A stretch of 64,000 nt of DNA from Candidatus Sysuimicrobium calidum (GCA_031459935.1 JAVKHN010000005.1:8102-72101); one strand, 5' to 3'; positions 33,046 through 42,464 are shown, counted from the stretch's first letter. Notes: generated by a model from the letters alone, not told the origin. Numbers and translations: made by a program.

Positions 33046-33585
33046 ATGATGCAGGACGAGGAGGGTGTCCTTGAAGCGGACGTACCAGCCGAAGCGTCGG
33101 AAGCGCAAGCGGACCCACGGGTTCCTGGCCCGGATGCGCACGCCCGGGGGCCGGAACGTCCTCAGGCGCAGGCGGCAGAAGGGCCGCAAGCAGCTGACCG
33201 CGTAAGTACCCCTCCTTGTGGGCGGCTGAGCCCCTGGCCCACCCTCCGGACCCGCCGGGAGTTTCAGGCGGTGTACGCGGAAGGGAAGCGGCACGGAGGG
33301 ACCCTCCTGGTGGTCTACCGACGGGTACGGCCCGGGCCTACGAGGGTGGGAATCTCCGTGGGGCGCAAGGTGGGGAAGGCGGTCGTGCGCAACCGGCTCC
33401 GGCGCAGGATCCGGGAGATCCTGAGGCTCTTGCCCCTGCGGCCCGACCAGGAGGTGGTGGTGGTGGCCCGCAGCCAGGCAGCTCAGGCCACCTGGGAGGG
33501 GCTGCGCGGGGAGCTGATGGGATTGCTGGACGCCAGCGGGGCCCTGGTGCGGGCCGGGCTCCGGGAGGGTGCTTCGTGCGGCTAG
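33046..33585 (+). CDS. rnpA: ribonuclease P protein component, with N-terminal extension overlapping rpmH
   Basis: Conserved RnpA core [34 protein letters not shown]...[24 protein letters not shown]. No ATG/GTG/TTG in frame between the rpmH stop and this core, so initiation must be at ATG 33046/33049 upstream of rpmH (RBS GGGGAGG). Confidence 0.65.
   Translation: MMQDEEGVLEADVPAEASEAQADPRVPGPDAHARGPERPQAQAAEGPQAADRVSTPPCGRLSPWPTLRTRREFQAVYAEGKRHGGTLLVVYRRVRPGPTRVGISVGRKVGKAVVRNRLRRRIREILRLLPLRPDQEVVVVARSQAAQATWEGLRGELMGLLDASGALVRAGLREGASCG
33071..33205 (+). CDS. rpmH: 50S ribosomal protein L34
   Basis: TTG (or GTG 33065) ... [44 protein letters not shown], 44 aa, in the +1 frame inside rnpA. 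Confidence 0.85.
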   Translation: MKRTYQPKRRKRKRTHGFLARMRTPGGRNVLRRRRQKGRKQLTA

Positions 33586-33794
33586 TGGGGAGGATCCTCA
33601 TCCTCGGGATCCGGGTTTACCAGCGCCTGATCTCCCCGCTCCTGCCCCGCACGTGCCGGTTCGTGCCTTCGTGCTCGGAGTACGCGGCCCAGGCCATTCA
33701 GGCCCACGGCCCCTTTCGGGGAACCTGGCTCGCCCTGCTCCGCCTGAGCCGCTGCCACCCCTTCCATCCCGGGGGATACGACCCGGTGCCCTAG
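33577..33794 (+). CDS. yidD: membrane protein insertion efficiency factor YidD
   Basis: [68 protein letters not shown]. Conserved CxxxPSCSxY motif. Confidence 0.8.
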
Positions 33795-33814
33795 CACCGG
33801 GCAGGAGGAGAACG

Positions 33815-34570
33815 GTGTTCGGATGGCTCGTGGCACAGCTCAACCACGCCCTGCAGTTCTTCTACGGGATCACGGGCTCCTACGGGTGGGCCATCATCCT
33901 CCTCACCCTCGCGGTGAAGGTGGTCCTCCACCCCCTCACCCGCAAGCAGCTGCGCTCCATGAAGGAGATGCAGAAACTCCAGCCCCACATCCAGGCCCTC
34001 CAGCGGAAGTACCGAGACGATCCCCAGCGGCTCAACCGGGAGATGATGGACCTGTACCGGGCCCACGGGGTGAATCCCTTCGGGGGGTGCCTGCCCATGC
34101 TCCTGCAGATGCCCGTGCTGTTCGCCCTGTATCGGGTGCTCAGCGACCCCGCGCACTTCATCTCCCGCACGGGGGAGGCCCTCAAGACCGTCCCCTTCGG
34201 ACCGTGGGACCTCCTGGTGCACCCCATTACCGTGCTGGCGGACCCTTGGAAATACGGAATCGCTGCGGCGGTGGCCTACGCCTTGGTGCCCGTGCTCATC
34301 GGCGCCAGCACCTACTTCCAGCAGCGGGTCTCCATGACGGATCCCCAGCAATCCCGGATGTTCCTGTTCATGCCGTTCCTCATCGGCTACTTCAGCCTGA
34401 ACTTCCCGGTGGGGCTCTCCCTCTACTGGTTCGTGTCCACGGTGGCGTACGTGGCCGAGTACGTGTCCGTGGTGGGGCTTCCGAGGTCTCCCAGAAAGCC
34501 GCAGGGGGAGGCTCCGGCGGGTGGTCGTCGGAGGCGGAAAAGCACGGAAGCGGAGGTCAGGGGAGCGTGA
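33815..34570 (+). CDS. yidC: membrane protein insertase YidC (short Firmicutes-type)
   Basis: GTG start after RBS GGAGGAG. MFGWLVAQLNHALQFFYGITGSYGWAIILLTLAVKVVLHPLTRKQ...NPFGGCLPMLLQMPVLFALYRVL. Confidence 0.85.
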   Translation: MFGWLVAQLNHALQFFYGITGSYGWAIILLTLAVKVVLHPLTRKQLRSMKEMQKLQPHIQALQRKYRDDPQRLNREMMDLYRAHGVNPFGGCLPMLLQMPVLFALYRVLSDPAHFISRTGEALKTVPFGPWDLLVHPITVLADPWKYGIAAAVAYALVPVLIGASTYFQQRVSMTDPQQSRMFLFMPFLIGYFSLNFPVGLSLYWFVSTVAYVAEYVSVVGLPRSPRKPQGEAPAGGRRRRKSTEAEVRGA

Positions 34571-35247
34571 GGGAGTTCATCGGATCGGGTCGTACCGTGG
34601 AGGAGGCCATCGAGGCCGCGCTGCGCATGTCCGGGCTTTCCCGGGAGGAGGCGGAGATCGAGGTCCTGGATGAGGGCTCCAGGGGGTTCCTGGGACTCGG
34701 CGGGAGGGAGGCGAGGGTTCGGGTGGTGCCGAAGGGTACCGCCGCCCCGGAAGCAGATCAGGCCGCGGAGATCGCCAGGACCCTCTTGCGACACATGGGA
34801 CTCCAGGGCACGGTGCGCGCGCGGCGGGTGGACCAGAGGGTGGCCGTGGAGGTGGAAGGGGAGGACCTGGCGGCCCTCATCGGCCGCCATGGAAGGGGCT
34901 TGCAGGCCTTTGAGGCGGTGCTGTCGCTCCTCGTGCACCGCGCGGTGGGGTGGACTGTGCCCGTGGAGGTAGACGCGGCAGGGTACCGGGAGCGCCGCCG
35001 GTCCTCCCTGGTGGCCATGGCGCAGCGGGCCGCCCAACGGGCGGTACGGGAGGGTCGGTCGATCCACCTCCCGCCCATGGATCCCAGGGAGCGGCGGATC
35101 GTGCACACGGCCCTGGCCTCCCACCCTGAGGTGACCACCCACAGCGAGGGGGAGGGGAAGGATCGCCACGTGGTGGTGGAACCCCGGAAGCGGCCGCGGG
35201 GGAGGCGGCCGGTCCGGGGGCCACGGGCCACGCCGCATGACGCCTGA
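34567..35247 (+). CDS. jag: Jag/KhpB (KH + R3H RNA-binding protein)
   Basis: VREFIGSGRTVEEAIEAALRMSGLSREEAEIEVLDEG (Jag_N), KH domain, C-terminal R3H (LPPMDPRERRIVHTALASHPEVTTHSEGEG). Confidence 0.8.
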   Translation: MREFIGSGRTVEEAIEAALRMSGLSREEAEIEVLDEGSRGFLGLGGREARVRVVPKGTAAPEADQAAEIARTLLRHMGLQGTVRARRVDQRVAVEVEGEDLAALIGRHGRGLQAFEAVLSLLVHRAVGWTVPVEVDAAGYRERRRSSLVAMAQRAAQRAVREGRSIHLPPMDPRERRIVHTALASHPEVTTHSEGEGKDRHVVVEPRKRPRGRRPVRGPRATPHDA

Positions 35248-35845
35248 GAGGGCGGCCGCCCTGGGGTTGGCGTTGGACGCGGCGCAGCTCCGCCGCCTGG
35301 AGCGGCACCTGGATCTCGTGATGGCGTGGAATGTGCGGGTGGACCTGGTGGCTCCCGCGCCCCGGGAGGAATTGATGGAACGACACCTGCTCGATAGCCT
35401 GCTCCTCCTCGTCATGGCCGATCCCCCGCCCGGATCCCGGGTGGCGGATGTGGGCAGCGGGGCTGGGTTTCCGGGCCTCGTGTGGGCCATCGCCCGGCCG
35501 GATCTCGCGCTGGCCCTCCTCGAGCCTCGACAGAGGCGGGCCGCCTTCCTGGAGCGGGCGATCCTGGAACTGCAGGTGCCCAACGCGGAAGTGGTGGCCC
35601 GGCCAGCGGAGGAGGCGAGCCGGATGCCCGAGCATCACCGCAGATACGAGATGGTGGTGGCCCGGGCCGTAGCTCCCCCTCTACTGGTCCGGGAGCTCGC
35701 GCAGGGCCTCGTGCGGCCGGGCGGCCGGATCTTCGTCCCCCTAGGGCCGGAGGCGGAAGCCCCCGAGGGGGCGCGCGTGGTGGAGCGGGCGATCCCCTGG
35801 GCTCCGGGAAGAATTCGGCGGGCCGTGGTATTTCTCGAGAAATAA
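35237..35845 (+). CDS. rsmG: 16S rRNA (guanine527-N7)-methyltransferase
   Basis: LDLVMAWNVRVDLV...DVGSGAGFPGL AdoMet motif. Conserved position before parAB. Confidence 0.85.
   Translation: MTPERAAALGLALDAAQLRRLERHLDLVMAWNVRVDLVAPAPREELMERHLLDSLLLLVMADPPPGSRVADVGSGAGFPGLVWAIARPDLALALLEPRQRRAAFLERAILELQVPNAEVVARPAEEASRMPEHHRRYEMVVARAVAPPLLVRELAQGLVRPGGRIFVPLGPEAEAPEGARVVERAIPWAPGRIRRAVVFLEK
35828..35843. repeat. 16-bp perfect palindrome TATTTCTCGAGAAATA (parS-like), copy 1, at rsmG/parA junction
   Basis: Identical sequence recurs at 37482-37497 immediately after parB. 12/16 identity to parS TGTTTCACGTGAAACA and 14/16 to the Noc-binding site TATTTCCCGGGAAATA. Confidence 0.55.
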
Positions 35846-36627
35846 TGGCGGTGGTGCTCGCGGTGGTGAACCAGAAAGGCGGGGTGGGAAAGTCCACCAC
35901 CGCCCTCAACCTCTCCGCGGCCCTGGCCCGCAAAGGGCGCAGAATCCTGCTGGTGGACCTGGACCCGCAGGGCAACGCCACAAGCGGCCTCGGCATCCCC
36001 AAGGAAGGGCTCCGGTCCTCCGTGTACGACGTCCTCCTCCGGCGCCTTCCCCTCCGGACCGTACTCCTCCCCACCTCAGTGGATGGCCTGGAGGTGGCCC
36101 CCAGCACCGTGGAACTCGCGGGCGCGGAGGTGGAGCTCGCAACGGAGGAGGACCGGGAGAGCCGGCTTCGGGTGGCCCTGGAGGCCCTGCAGCATCGCTA
36201 CGATCTCGTGGTGGTGGATTGCCCTCCGTCTCTGGGGCTGCTGACCCTCAACGCTCTGGTGGCCGCGGACCTGGCCCTTCTGCCGATCCAGTGCGAGTAC
36301 TACGCCCTCGAGGGCCTCTCCCTGCTCCTGCGTACCCTGGAGCTCGTCCAGAGATCGTTGAATCCCCAGCTCCGTATGGGAGGGGTGGTGCTCACCATGT
36401 ACGATCCCCGCACGAATCTCAGCGAGCAGGTGGCCCGCGAGGTGCGGGCCTTCTTCGGCAAGGAGGTGTTCCGGACCGTGATCCCGCGTACCGTTCGGCT
36501 CGCGGAGGCCCCCAGCCACGGACAGCCCATCTTCCTGTACGATCCGCACTCCCGGGGCGCGGCCGCCTATGAGGCCCTGGCAGAGGAGGTGGCGGAGCGG
36601 CTGTGGGGGGAGGGTAAGGATGAGTGA
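35845..36627 (+). CDS. parA: chromosome partitioning ATPase ParA/Soj
   Basis: Deviant Walker A VVNQKGGVGKSTTALNLSAALA, DLDPQGNAT, 260 aa. Confidence 0.9.
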   Translation: MAVVLAVVNQKGGVGKSTTALNLSAALARKGRRILLVDLDPQGNATSGLGIPKEGLRSSVYDVLLRRLPLRTVLLPTSVDGLEVAPSTVELAGAEVELATEEDRESRLRVALEALQHRYDLVVVDCPPSLGLLTLNALVAADLALLPIQCEYYALEGLSLLLRTLELVQRSLNPQLRMGGVVLTMYDPRTNLSEQVAREVRAFFGKEVFRTVIPRTVRLAEAPSHGQPIFLYDPHSRGAAAYEALAEEVAERLWGEGKDE

Positions 36628-37480
36628 GCGGCAGAGGAGGGGGCTCGGGAGAGGGCTGGGGGCCCTGATCCCGGGGGCCGGAGGGGTGGCGCGCGGGGAA
36701 CCCGTGGAGCTGTTGCCCGTGGAACGGATCCGGCCCAGCTCGGTGCAGCCCCGTCAGGAGATCCTCCCGGAGTCCCTCGAGGAGCTCGTGGCCTCCATCC
36801 GGGCGCACGGAGTTCTGCAGCCTGTCCTCGTGCGGCCCGTGGGAGGGGAGTACGAGCTCGTGGCCGGGGAGCGGCGGTGGCGGGCCGCGATCCTGGCAGG
36901 CCTGGAGCGAATTCCGGCCCTGGTGCGCCCCCTCTCGGACGCCCAGGCCCTCCAGGTAGCCTTGGTGGAGAACCTCCAGCGGGAGGACCTGAACCCCGTG
37001 GAGCGGGCCCGGGCCTTCCAGCGCCTTATCTCGGAGTTCGGACTCACCCAGCAGCAGGTGGCGGAGGCGGTAGGCTTGAGCCAGCCCACGGTGGCGAACG
37101 CCCTGCGCCTGCTCGCCCTGCCCGAGCCCATCCTCCGTAGCCTCGAGGAGGGCCGACTCCGGGAGGCCCACGGCCGGCTCCTCCTCTCTGTGGAGGACCC
37201 CCTTCTCCGGGAGCGGCTGTGGCGGGCAGCGCTGGAGCAGGGGTTATCGGTTCGGGCCCTTCAGGAGCGCATCACCCGGGAGAACCGCAAGCGCCCCAGG
37301 CCCCAAAGCTCCACCCGGGCGGACCCCGACGTGGAGGCGGTGCTGGAGGCTTTGCGGGTGAGGCTCCAAACCCAGGTAAGGGTCCGGCGGGGCCGACGCA
37401 AGGGGGTCCTGGAGATCGAGTTCTACTCGGAGGAGGACCTGGCCCGGCTCTGCGACCTCCTCCTGGGCGGCCCTGCCTAG
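36620..37480 (+). CDS. parB: chromosome partitioning protein ParB/Spo0J
   Basis: Internal start MSERQRRGLGRGLGALI. ParB box GERRWRAA, HTH QQQVAEAVGLSQPTVANALRLL, C-terminal dimerisation region. Confidence 0.9.
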   Translation: MSERQRRGLGRGLGALIPGAGGVARGEPVELLPVERIRPSSVQPRQEILPESLEELVASIRAHGVLQPVLVRPVGGEYELVAGERRWRAAILAGLERIPALVRPLSDAQALQVALVENLQREDLNPVERARAFQRLISEFGLTQQQVAEAVGLSQPTVANALRLLALPEPILRSLEEGRLREAHGRLLLSVEDPLLRERLWRAALEQGLSVRALQERITRENRKRPRPQSSTRADPDVEAVLEALRVRLQTQVRVRRGRRKGVLEIEFYSEEDLARLCDLLLGGPA

Positions 37481-37481
37481 A

Positions 37482-37497
37482 TATTTCTCGAGAAATA
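37482..37497. repeat. 16-bp perfect palindrome TATTTCTCGAGAAATA (parS-like), copy 2, directly after parB stop
   Basis: Exact copy of 35828-35843. Only two occurrences seen in the window, both flanking parAB. Confidence 0.55.
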
Positions 37498-37509
37498 GGG
37501 GAGGCGCAC

Positions 37510-38742
37510 ATGCGCTCTGACCTCGAGCGGCTCCTGGAGGAACGGGGCTACGATGCGATGGTGGGAATGGGGGGAAGCGAGGATCCGAATCTGTTCTACG
37601 TGATGCGAGGAGCTCCCATCCACGCGGGAGCCCTCTACATCCACCGCCGGGGGCATCCTCCGGTGCTCTGCCACGGCACCATGGAGCGGGGGGAGGCGGA
37701 GAGGACGGGGTTGAGAACCCGCAACCTCGGCCTGTACAACTTCAAGCAGATGCTCGAGGAGGCGGGCGGGGATCTCCTGCGGGCCCAGGTGGCCCTGCTG
37801 CGGAGGGTGTTCGAGGAGGAGGGAGTGAGGGGCCGGGTGCTCTTTTTCGGGCAGATGGATCGGGGGGCTGCCTACCTCCTGCTGCGGGCCATCGCGGAGG
37901 GGATTCCCGGGATCGAGGTGGTGGGGGAGTACGACCGGCCCTTGGTGACCGTGGCCCGCATGACCAAGGAGCCCGAGGAGATCGAGGCCATCCGCCGGAC
38001 CGGGGAGGCCACGGGGCGGGTGGTGCGGAAGGTGGCGGATTTCCTCCGCACTCTGAGGCCGCGGGGGGAGTGCCTCGTGGGGGAGGACGGGGAGGCCGTG
38101 ACCATCGGGGAGGTGAAGCGCCGGATCCGGATCTGGCTCGCGGAGGAGGGACTGGTGGATACCGGCACCATCTTCAGTCAGGGCCGGGACGCGGGATTGC
38201 CGCACTCCCGGGGCGAGGACGCCCGGCTCCTCCGGCCCGGAGAGCCCATCGTGCTTGACATCTTTCCCAGGCCCGCGGGAGGCGGGTACTGCTTCGATCT
38301 CACCCGGACCTGGGTGGTGGGCAAGCCTTCGGAGCGGCTGTGGCGGGTGTACCGGGACGTGCTGGACTGCTACCACGCGGTGGTGGAGGCCCTGCAGCCC
38401 GGGGTTTCCTGCTCGTCGCTGCAGCAGCGGGCGTGCGCCTTCTTCGAGGAAAGAGGGCACCCCACCATCGGGTCTGACCCCACCACCCAGGTGGGTTACG
38501 TGCACTCCCTGGGCCACGGGGTGGGGCTCGAGGTCCACGAACTCCCGCGCCTTGCGGACTTCCCGGGAAACTCCGACGCGCTGGCTCCAGGGATGGTGTT
38601 CACCCTCGAGCCCGGGCTGTACTATCCCGAGGAGGGCATCGGGGTCCGGCTGGAGGACACCTGGGCTTTGGATACGGAGGGGAGGCCGGTTGCCCTGGGG
38701 AGCTACCCCCTGGACCTGGTGCTCTCGGGGGAAGACGCATGA
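37510..38742 (+). CDS. M24 family Xaa-Pro aminopeptidase/dipeptidase
   Basis: Starts MRSDLERLLEERGYDAMV inside ORF 37219..38742. Pita-bread metal ligands (D...D...H...E...E) in ...VLDIFPRPAGGGYCFDLTRT..., ...HSLGHGVGLEVHE..., ...EPGLYY.... Confidence 0.85.
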   Translation: MRSDLERLLEERGYDAMVGMGGSEDPNLFYVMRGAPIHAGALYIHRRGHPPVLCHGTMERGEAERTGLRTRNLGLYNFKQMLEEAGGDLLRAQVALLRRVFEEEGVRGRVLFFGQMDRGAAYLLLRAIAEGIPGIEVVGEYDRPLVTVARMTKEPEEIEAIRRTGEATGRVVRKVADFLRTLRPRGECLVGEDGEAVTIGEVKRRIRIWLAEEGLVDTGTIFSQGRDAGLPHSRGEDARLLRPGEPIVLDIFPRPAGGGYCFDLTRTWVVGKPSERLWRVYRDVLDCYHAVVEALQPGVSCSSLQQRACAFFEERGHPTIGSDPTTQVGYVHSLGHGVGLEVHELPRLADFPGNSDALAPGMVFTLEPGLYYPEEGIGVRLEDTWALDTEGRPVALGSYPLDLVLSGEDA

Positions 38743-39293
38743 ACCGGGAGGAGGCCTGGGCGCTGGTGTGCGCGTGGGTACAGAGTCCGAACCTGCGCAA
38801 GCACCTGCTGGCGGTGGAGGCCGCCATGCGGGCGTATGCCCGGAGGTTCGGGGAGGACGAGGAGGCGTGGGGGATCGTGGGGTTGCTGCACGACATGGAC
38901 TACGACCGGCACCCCTCCCTCGAGGAGCACCCCTTCGTGGCCGCGGAGGAGCTGCGGCGGCGCGGGGTCCCGGAGGCCTGGGTACGGGCCGTGCTGGCGC
39001 ACGGGGACCACACGGGCGTACCGCGGCAAAGCCTCATGGAGCGGGCCCTGTTCGCCTGCGACGAGATGGTGGGGTTCGTGATCGCGGTGGCCTTGGTCAA
39101 GGGGAGGTCACTCGGGAACGTGGATCCGGATTCCGTGATCCGCAAGATGAGGGACAAAGCCTTTGCCCGGGGCGTGCGGCGGGAGGACCTGGTGCGGGGC
39201 GCGGAAGAGCTGGGGATCCCCCTGGAGGAGCACATCGCCACGGTGGTGGAGGCCCTCCGGCCCATCGCCTCCGAGCTGGGTCTAGAGGGGTAG
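38739..39293 (+). CDS. HD-domain phosphohydrolase
   Basis: ...IVGLLHDMDYDRHP...VLAHGDHTG... H...HD...H...D metal-binding pattern. 184 aa. Confidence 0.7.
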   Translation: MNREEAWALVCAWVQSPNLRKHLLAVEAAMRAYARRFGEDEEAWGIVGLLHDMDYDRHPSLEEHPFVAAEELRRRGVPEAWVRAVLAHGDHTGVPRQSLMERALFACDEMVGFVIAVALVKGRSLGNVDPDSVIRKMRDKAFARGVRREDLVRGAEELGIPLEEHIATVVEALRPIASELGLEG

Positions 39294-39295
39294 CG

Positions 39296-40789
39296 TCACC
39301 GGTCCAGCCAGGCGTCCGCGGGCCGCCACAGCAATCCCTTCCACTGGAGGTGGAAGGTGTCCCGCACGTACCGTTGCAGCACGTACATGGCGCCGGAGTG
39401 CACCACGGGAATGAGATCCGCCTCCCGGAGGAGCAACCGGTTAATCCGCCGCATCTTCACCACCTCCGGGGTCCGGGTCTTCCGGGCCTCGTGGTAGGCC
39501 TGCTCCAGCCCCGCGGGCCGCTTCCAACTGGCGAAGGCGAAGGGGCCGAAGAAGTGGGTGCCCAGGGTGTCGATGAGGTCGGCCTGGTACACCAAGGCGT
39601 AGGCCAGGAGCCCGTTCCACCCCCGCTGGATCCGCTCCACGTACCCGCCCGGGGAGAGGGGCCGCAGCTCCACCAGGATCCCCACCTGTCCCAGCTGGTG
39701 CTGGATGGCGCTCATCACGTCCGGCATGCGGCCGGTGGGGTAGATGAGCTCGGTGCGGAACCCCTGTGGGTATCCCGCCTCTTCCAGCAGCCTGCGGGCC
39801 TGGTCGGGGTTGTGCTTGGGCCCCTGAACGCTTGGGTCATACTCCCGTGAGGGGAAGGCGGCCAGTTGATACTCCGCCCGGTAGCGCCCGTAGCCCAGGG
39901 CCCGGGCGATGGCCTCCCGGTCCAGGGCAAGCCAGGTGGCCACCCGCACCCTCCGGTCTGCGAAGGGACTTGTCGCGTTGGCGCTATCGGGGATGAGGAG
40001 GTTGGGCGCGACGCGGCCGGTGATGGAGGGATATCCCATCTGGACCAGGGAGTAACCGATGTCCGGGATCGGTCCCACGTTGATCACGTCCAGCCGGCCC
40101 GCCAAAAACCCGGCCCGCATGGTCTGCAGGTCCTGGATGAACACGTACTCGATCTCGTCGAGGTAGGGTTTCCCGCGCTGCCAGTACCCCTCGAACCGCC
40201 GGTACCGCATCCCCACGCCCCGCTCGAACCGCACGAGCCGGAAAGGCCCCGTGCCCACCGGATTCCACCGGGCCCCCTCCACCCCACCCCGCTCCACGGA
40301 CGCGGGCGAGACCACGAGGCCTTCCGGACCTGAGAGGGCGCTGAGGATGCGGTTATCCCACTCCGCAAGCTCCAGTCGCACCCGGTGCTGGTCCACTGCC
40401 CGCACCGCCCGCACCCAGGGCAACCGCTTGGCCTGAATCTGCCGCTCCAGGTTCCACTGCACCGCCTCCGCGTTGAACGCGGTCCCGTCGTGGAACCGCA
40501 CCCCCTGTCGGAGGAAGAGGGTGATGGCGGAGAGATCCTGGCTGATTTCCCACCGCTCCGCCAGTCCCGGGTGGACCCGCCCCAGCCGGTCCACCCACAC
40601 CAGGGGCTCGAGGGCCGGCATGACGGAGGGCATGGAGACCGTGGACATCTCCCACGGTAGGAATGGGGTGTTGGGGATGGCATCCGCGACCCGGAGGACC
40701 CCTCCTCTCTTGGGAGCCATGGGGGGCGCCCCCTCGCCGAGTCCTCCGGCGGCCACCACGAGGACGAGGATCAAGCCAACAAGCCACAT
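39296..40789 (-). CDS. ABC transporter substrate-binding protein, family 5 (peptide/nickel type)
   Basis: Internal start MWLVGLILVLVVAAG (signal/lipobox-like). SBP_bac_5 architecture, ~498 aa. No cognate permease genes adjacent. Confidence 0.8.
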   Translation of the reverse strand: MWLVGLILVLVVAAGGLGEGAPPMAPKRGGVLRVADAIPNTPFLPWEMSTVSMPSVMPALEPLVWVDRLGRVHPGLAERWEISQDLSAITLFLRQGVRFHDGTAFNAEAVQWNLERQIQAKRLPWVRAVRAVDQHRVRLELAEWDNRILSALSGPEGLVVSPASVERGGVEGARWNPVGTGPFRLVRFERGVGMRYRRFEGYWQRGKPYLDEIEYVFIQDLQTMRAGFLAGRLDVINVGPIPDIGYSLVQMGYPSITGRVAPNLLIPDSANATSPFADRRVRVATWLALDREAIARALGYGRYRAEYQLAAFPSREYDPSVQGPKHNPDQARRLLEEAGYPQGFRTELIYPTGRMPDVMSAIQHQLGQVGILVELRPLSPGGYVERIQRGWNGLLAYALVYQADLIDTLGTHFFGPFAFASWKRPAGLEQAYHEARKTRTPEVVKMRRINRLLLREADLIPVVHSGAMYVLQRYVRDTFHLQWKGLLWRPADAWLDR

Positions 40790-40829
40790 CCCTCTCCACG
40801 CGGCGCTCCGCACGTCCCTCACCCCCTCG

Positions 40830-42416
40830 CTAGGCCTCCCGCGTGATAGGCACAAGGAGGTAGGAGTCCCACTTGCCGCCGAGGTAGAGGCTGTGCCGCC
40901 CCCGGTTTACCGTCTCCCGGTAGTCCATGAAGATCCCGGGATCCTCTCCGTTGCGGTACCGGCCGGAGATCTCCAGGCGAAGGACCTCGCCGGCCCGGAA
41001 CAGGGTGGCGCTGGGCAGGATGGGGATCTCGCAGTCTACGATCGTGCCCGGCGTCACCTTCGACCCTCCCTCCACCACGGACTTGAGGTACGGCTCCCAG
41101 GGGGTGGACTTCTCCGGGTCCAGCTCCCGACACGAGAGCCGCAGCCACCCCAGGGCCACCGGCCATCGCTCGGGTGCGAGGTCGCTGTCGAACCACACCT
41201 CCTGCCCGTCCCGGTCCAGCTTGCGCACGGTCACGAAGAGGTCCATATCGTCCGCGTCCCGGGGGCTCGCCCACAGCCGCAGCTTCATGTACCCCACCAC
41301 CTCGGTGTCCCGCTCGAACCGGTGGTCAAAGCGGGCGTAGCCGGAGGCCGCCTCGTAGGTGACTTCCGTTTCCTCCGTGGGGCGGTCCGGTTGCAGGGTC
41401 CCGTTGCCCGCGAGGTAAAGGGGGCGGTACACGGTGCCGGGGACGGGGAAATCCCGCTCGTACCGCACAGAGAAGCGGTGCAGGTCCTCCCGCACCTCCA
41501 GCCGCACGGGCGGGATCTCCAGGATCCGGCGGTCCGTGCCCTTGAGGAAGCAATCGAAGAACAGCAGGCGGCTGGCCATAGCCTCCACGGTGTAGAAGGT
41601 CGCCCACTTCTGTCGGCCGTGGGTATACAGCCACTTGTGGGCCGAGCGGATCTTCCGGAAGGCCCGGAAGGACCCGCGCGTGTGCGCCCCGTGGTCCGCC
41701 CAGGTCCCGCAGATGAGGGCCGGGACGGTGATGCGGGCGAGGAAATCGTCCTCCTCCATGGGTAGGGGCGTCGGCGGCTCCTCGTGCTCCGGGGCGGGCC
41801 AGGCGGGAGAGGGTTCGGGACCTCGATAGCCCCGGCGGGTGAACCGGGTTTCAGGGATGCCGCCGGGGTACATCACGTCCCGGTACACGTCCGTCATGGC
41901 CTCCCAGGGGCAGATGGCCTTGAGGTGGGGTGGGGCCATGGCGGCCACCCGCCACTGGGAGAACCCGAGGATGGAGACCCCGCTGAGGCCGACGTGGCCG
42001 TTGCTCCACGGCTGCTGACCCGCCCACTGGATGGCGTCGTACATGTCCCGGGCCCACAACCCGTCCCGAACCACCCCCACCGCGGTCCCGCCCGCGCTCT
42101 CCGCCGCCACCCGCCGGCCAGGAGAATGTCCGAATCCCCGGGGATCCACCAGGACCAGGGCGTACCCGTTGCGCACCCAGAACTCGGGGTCCTCCGCCTC
42201 GAAGGAGGTGGTGGCGGTGAGGGTGGCGGACCAGGGCTCATAGGCCACGCCCCAGAGGGGATCGTGAGGGCCCCACATCCGGTCCTTGCCGAAGCTCGTG
42301 AAGGCCATGATCACGGGGTAGCGGCCCTCCCGGTCCGGGAGGTAGACGTTGGCCGCCAGGAGTAGCCCGTCCCGCATGGGTACGGGGACATCGCGCAGCT
42401 GCCGGATTCCAAGCAT
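40830..42416 (-). CDS. CocE/NonD-family alpha/beta hydrolase (S15 X-Pro dipeptidyl-peptidase-like)
   Basis: 528 aa. ...YPVIMAFTSFGKD..., nucleophile elbow VGLSGVSILG, C-terminal beta-sandwich domain. Confidence 0.75.
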   Translation of the reverse strand: MLGIRQLRDVPVPMRDGLLLAANVYLPDREGRYPVIMAFTSFGKDRMWGPHDPLWGVAYEPWSATLTATTSFEAEDPEFWVRNGYALVLVDPRGFGHSPGRRVAAESAGGTAVGVVRDGLWARDMYDAIQWAGQQPWSNGHVGLSGVSILGFSQWRVAAMAPPHLKAICPWEAMTDVYRDVMYPGGIPETRFTRRGYRGPEPSPAWPAPEHEEPPTPLPMEEDDFLARITVPALICGTWADHGAHTRGSFRAFRKIRSAHKWLYTHGRQKWATFYTVEAMASRLLFFDCFLKGTDRRILEIPPVRLEVREDLHRFSVRYERDFPVPGTVYRPLYLAGNGTLQPDRPTEETEVTYEAASGYARFDHRFERDTEVVGYMKLRLWASPRDADDMDLFVTVRKLDRDGQEVWFDSDLAPERWPVALGWLRLSCRELDPEKSTPWEPYLKSVVEGGSKVTPGTIVDCEIPILPSATLFRAGEVLRLEISGRYRNGEDPGIFMDYRETVNRGRHSLYLGGKWDSYLLVPITREA

Positions 42417-42464
42417 TCCCCCTCCCCCTTCCTGGCCGGTCGCTGTGCGATTCGTTTTCTTGGA

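Noticed and set aside
33046-33585. Assigning the window to Thermus because of the nested rpmH/rnpA arrangement
   Set aside because: Thermaceae lack flagella and this Firmicutes-type ori synteny (dnaA-dnaN-yaaA-recF-remB-gyrB-gyrA; rnpA-yidD-yidC-jag-rsmG-parAB). T-box and che/flg genes are present here.
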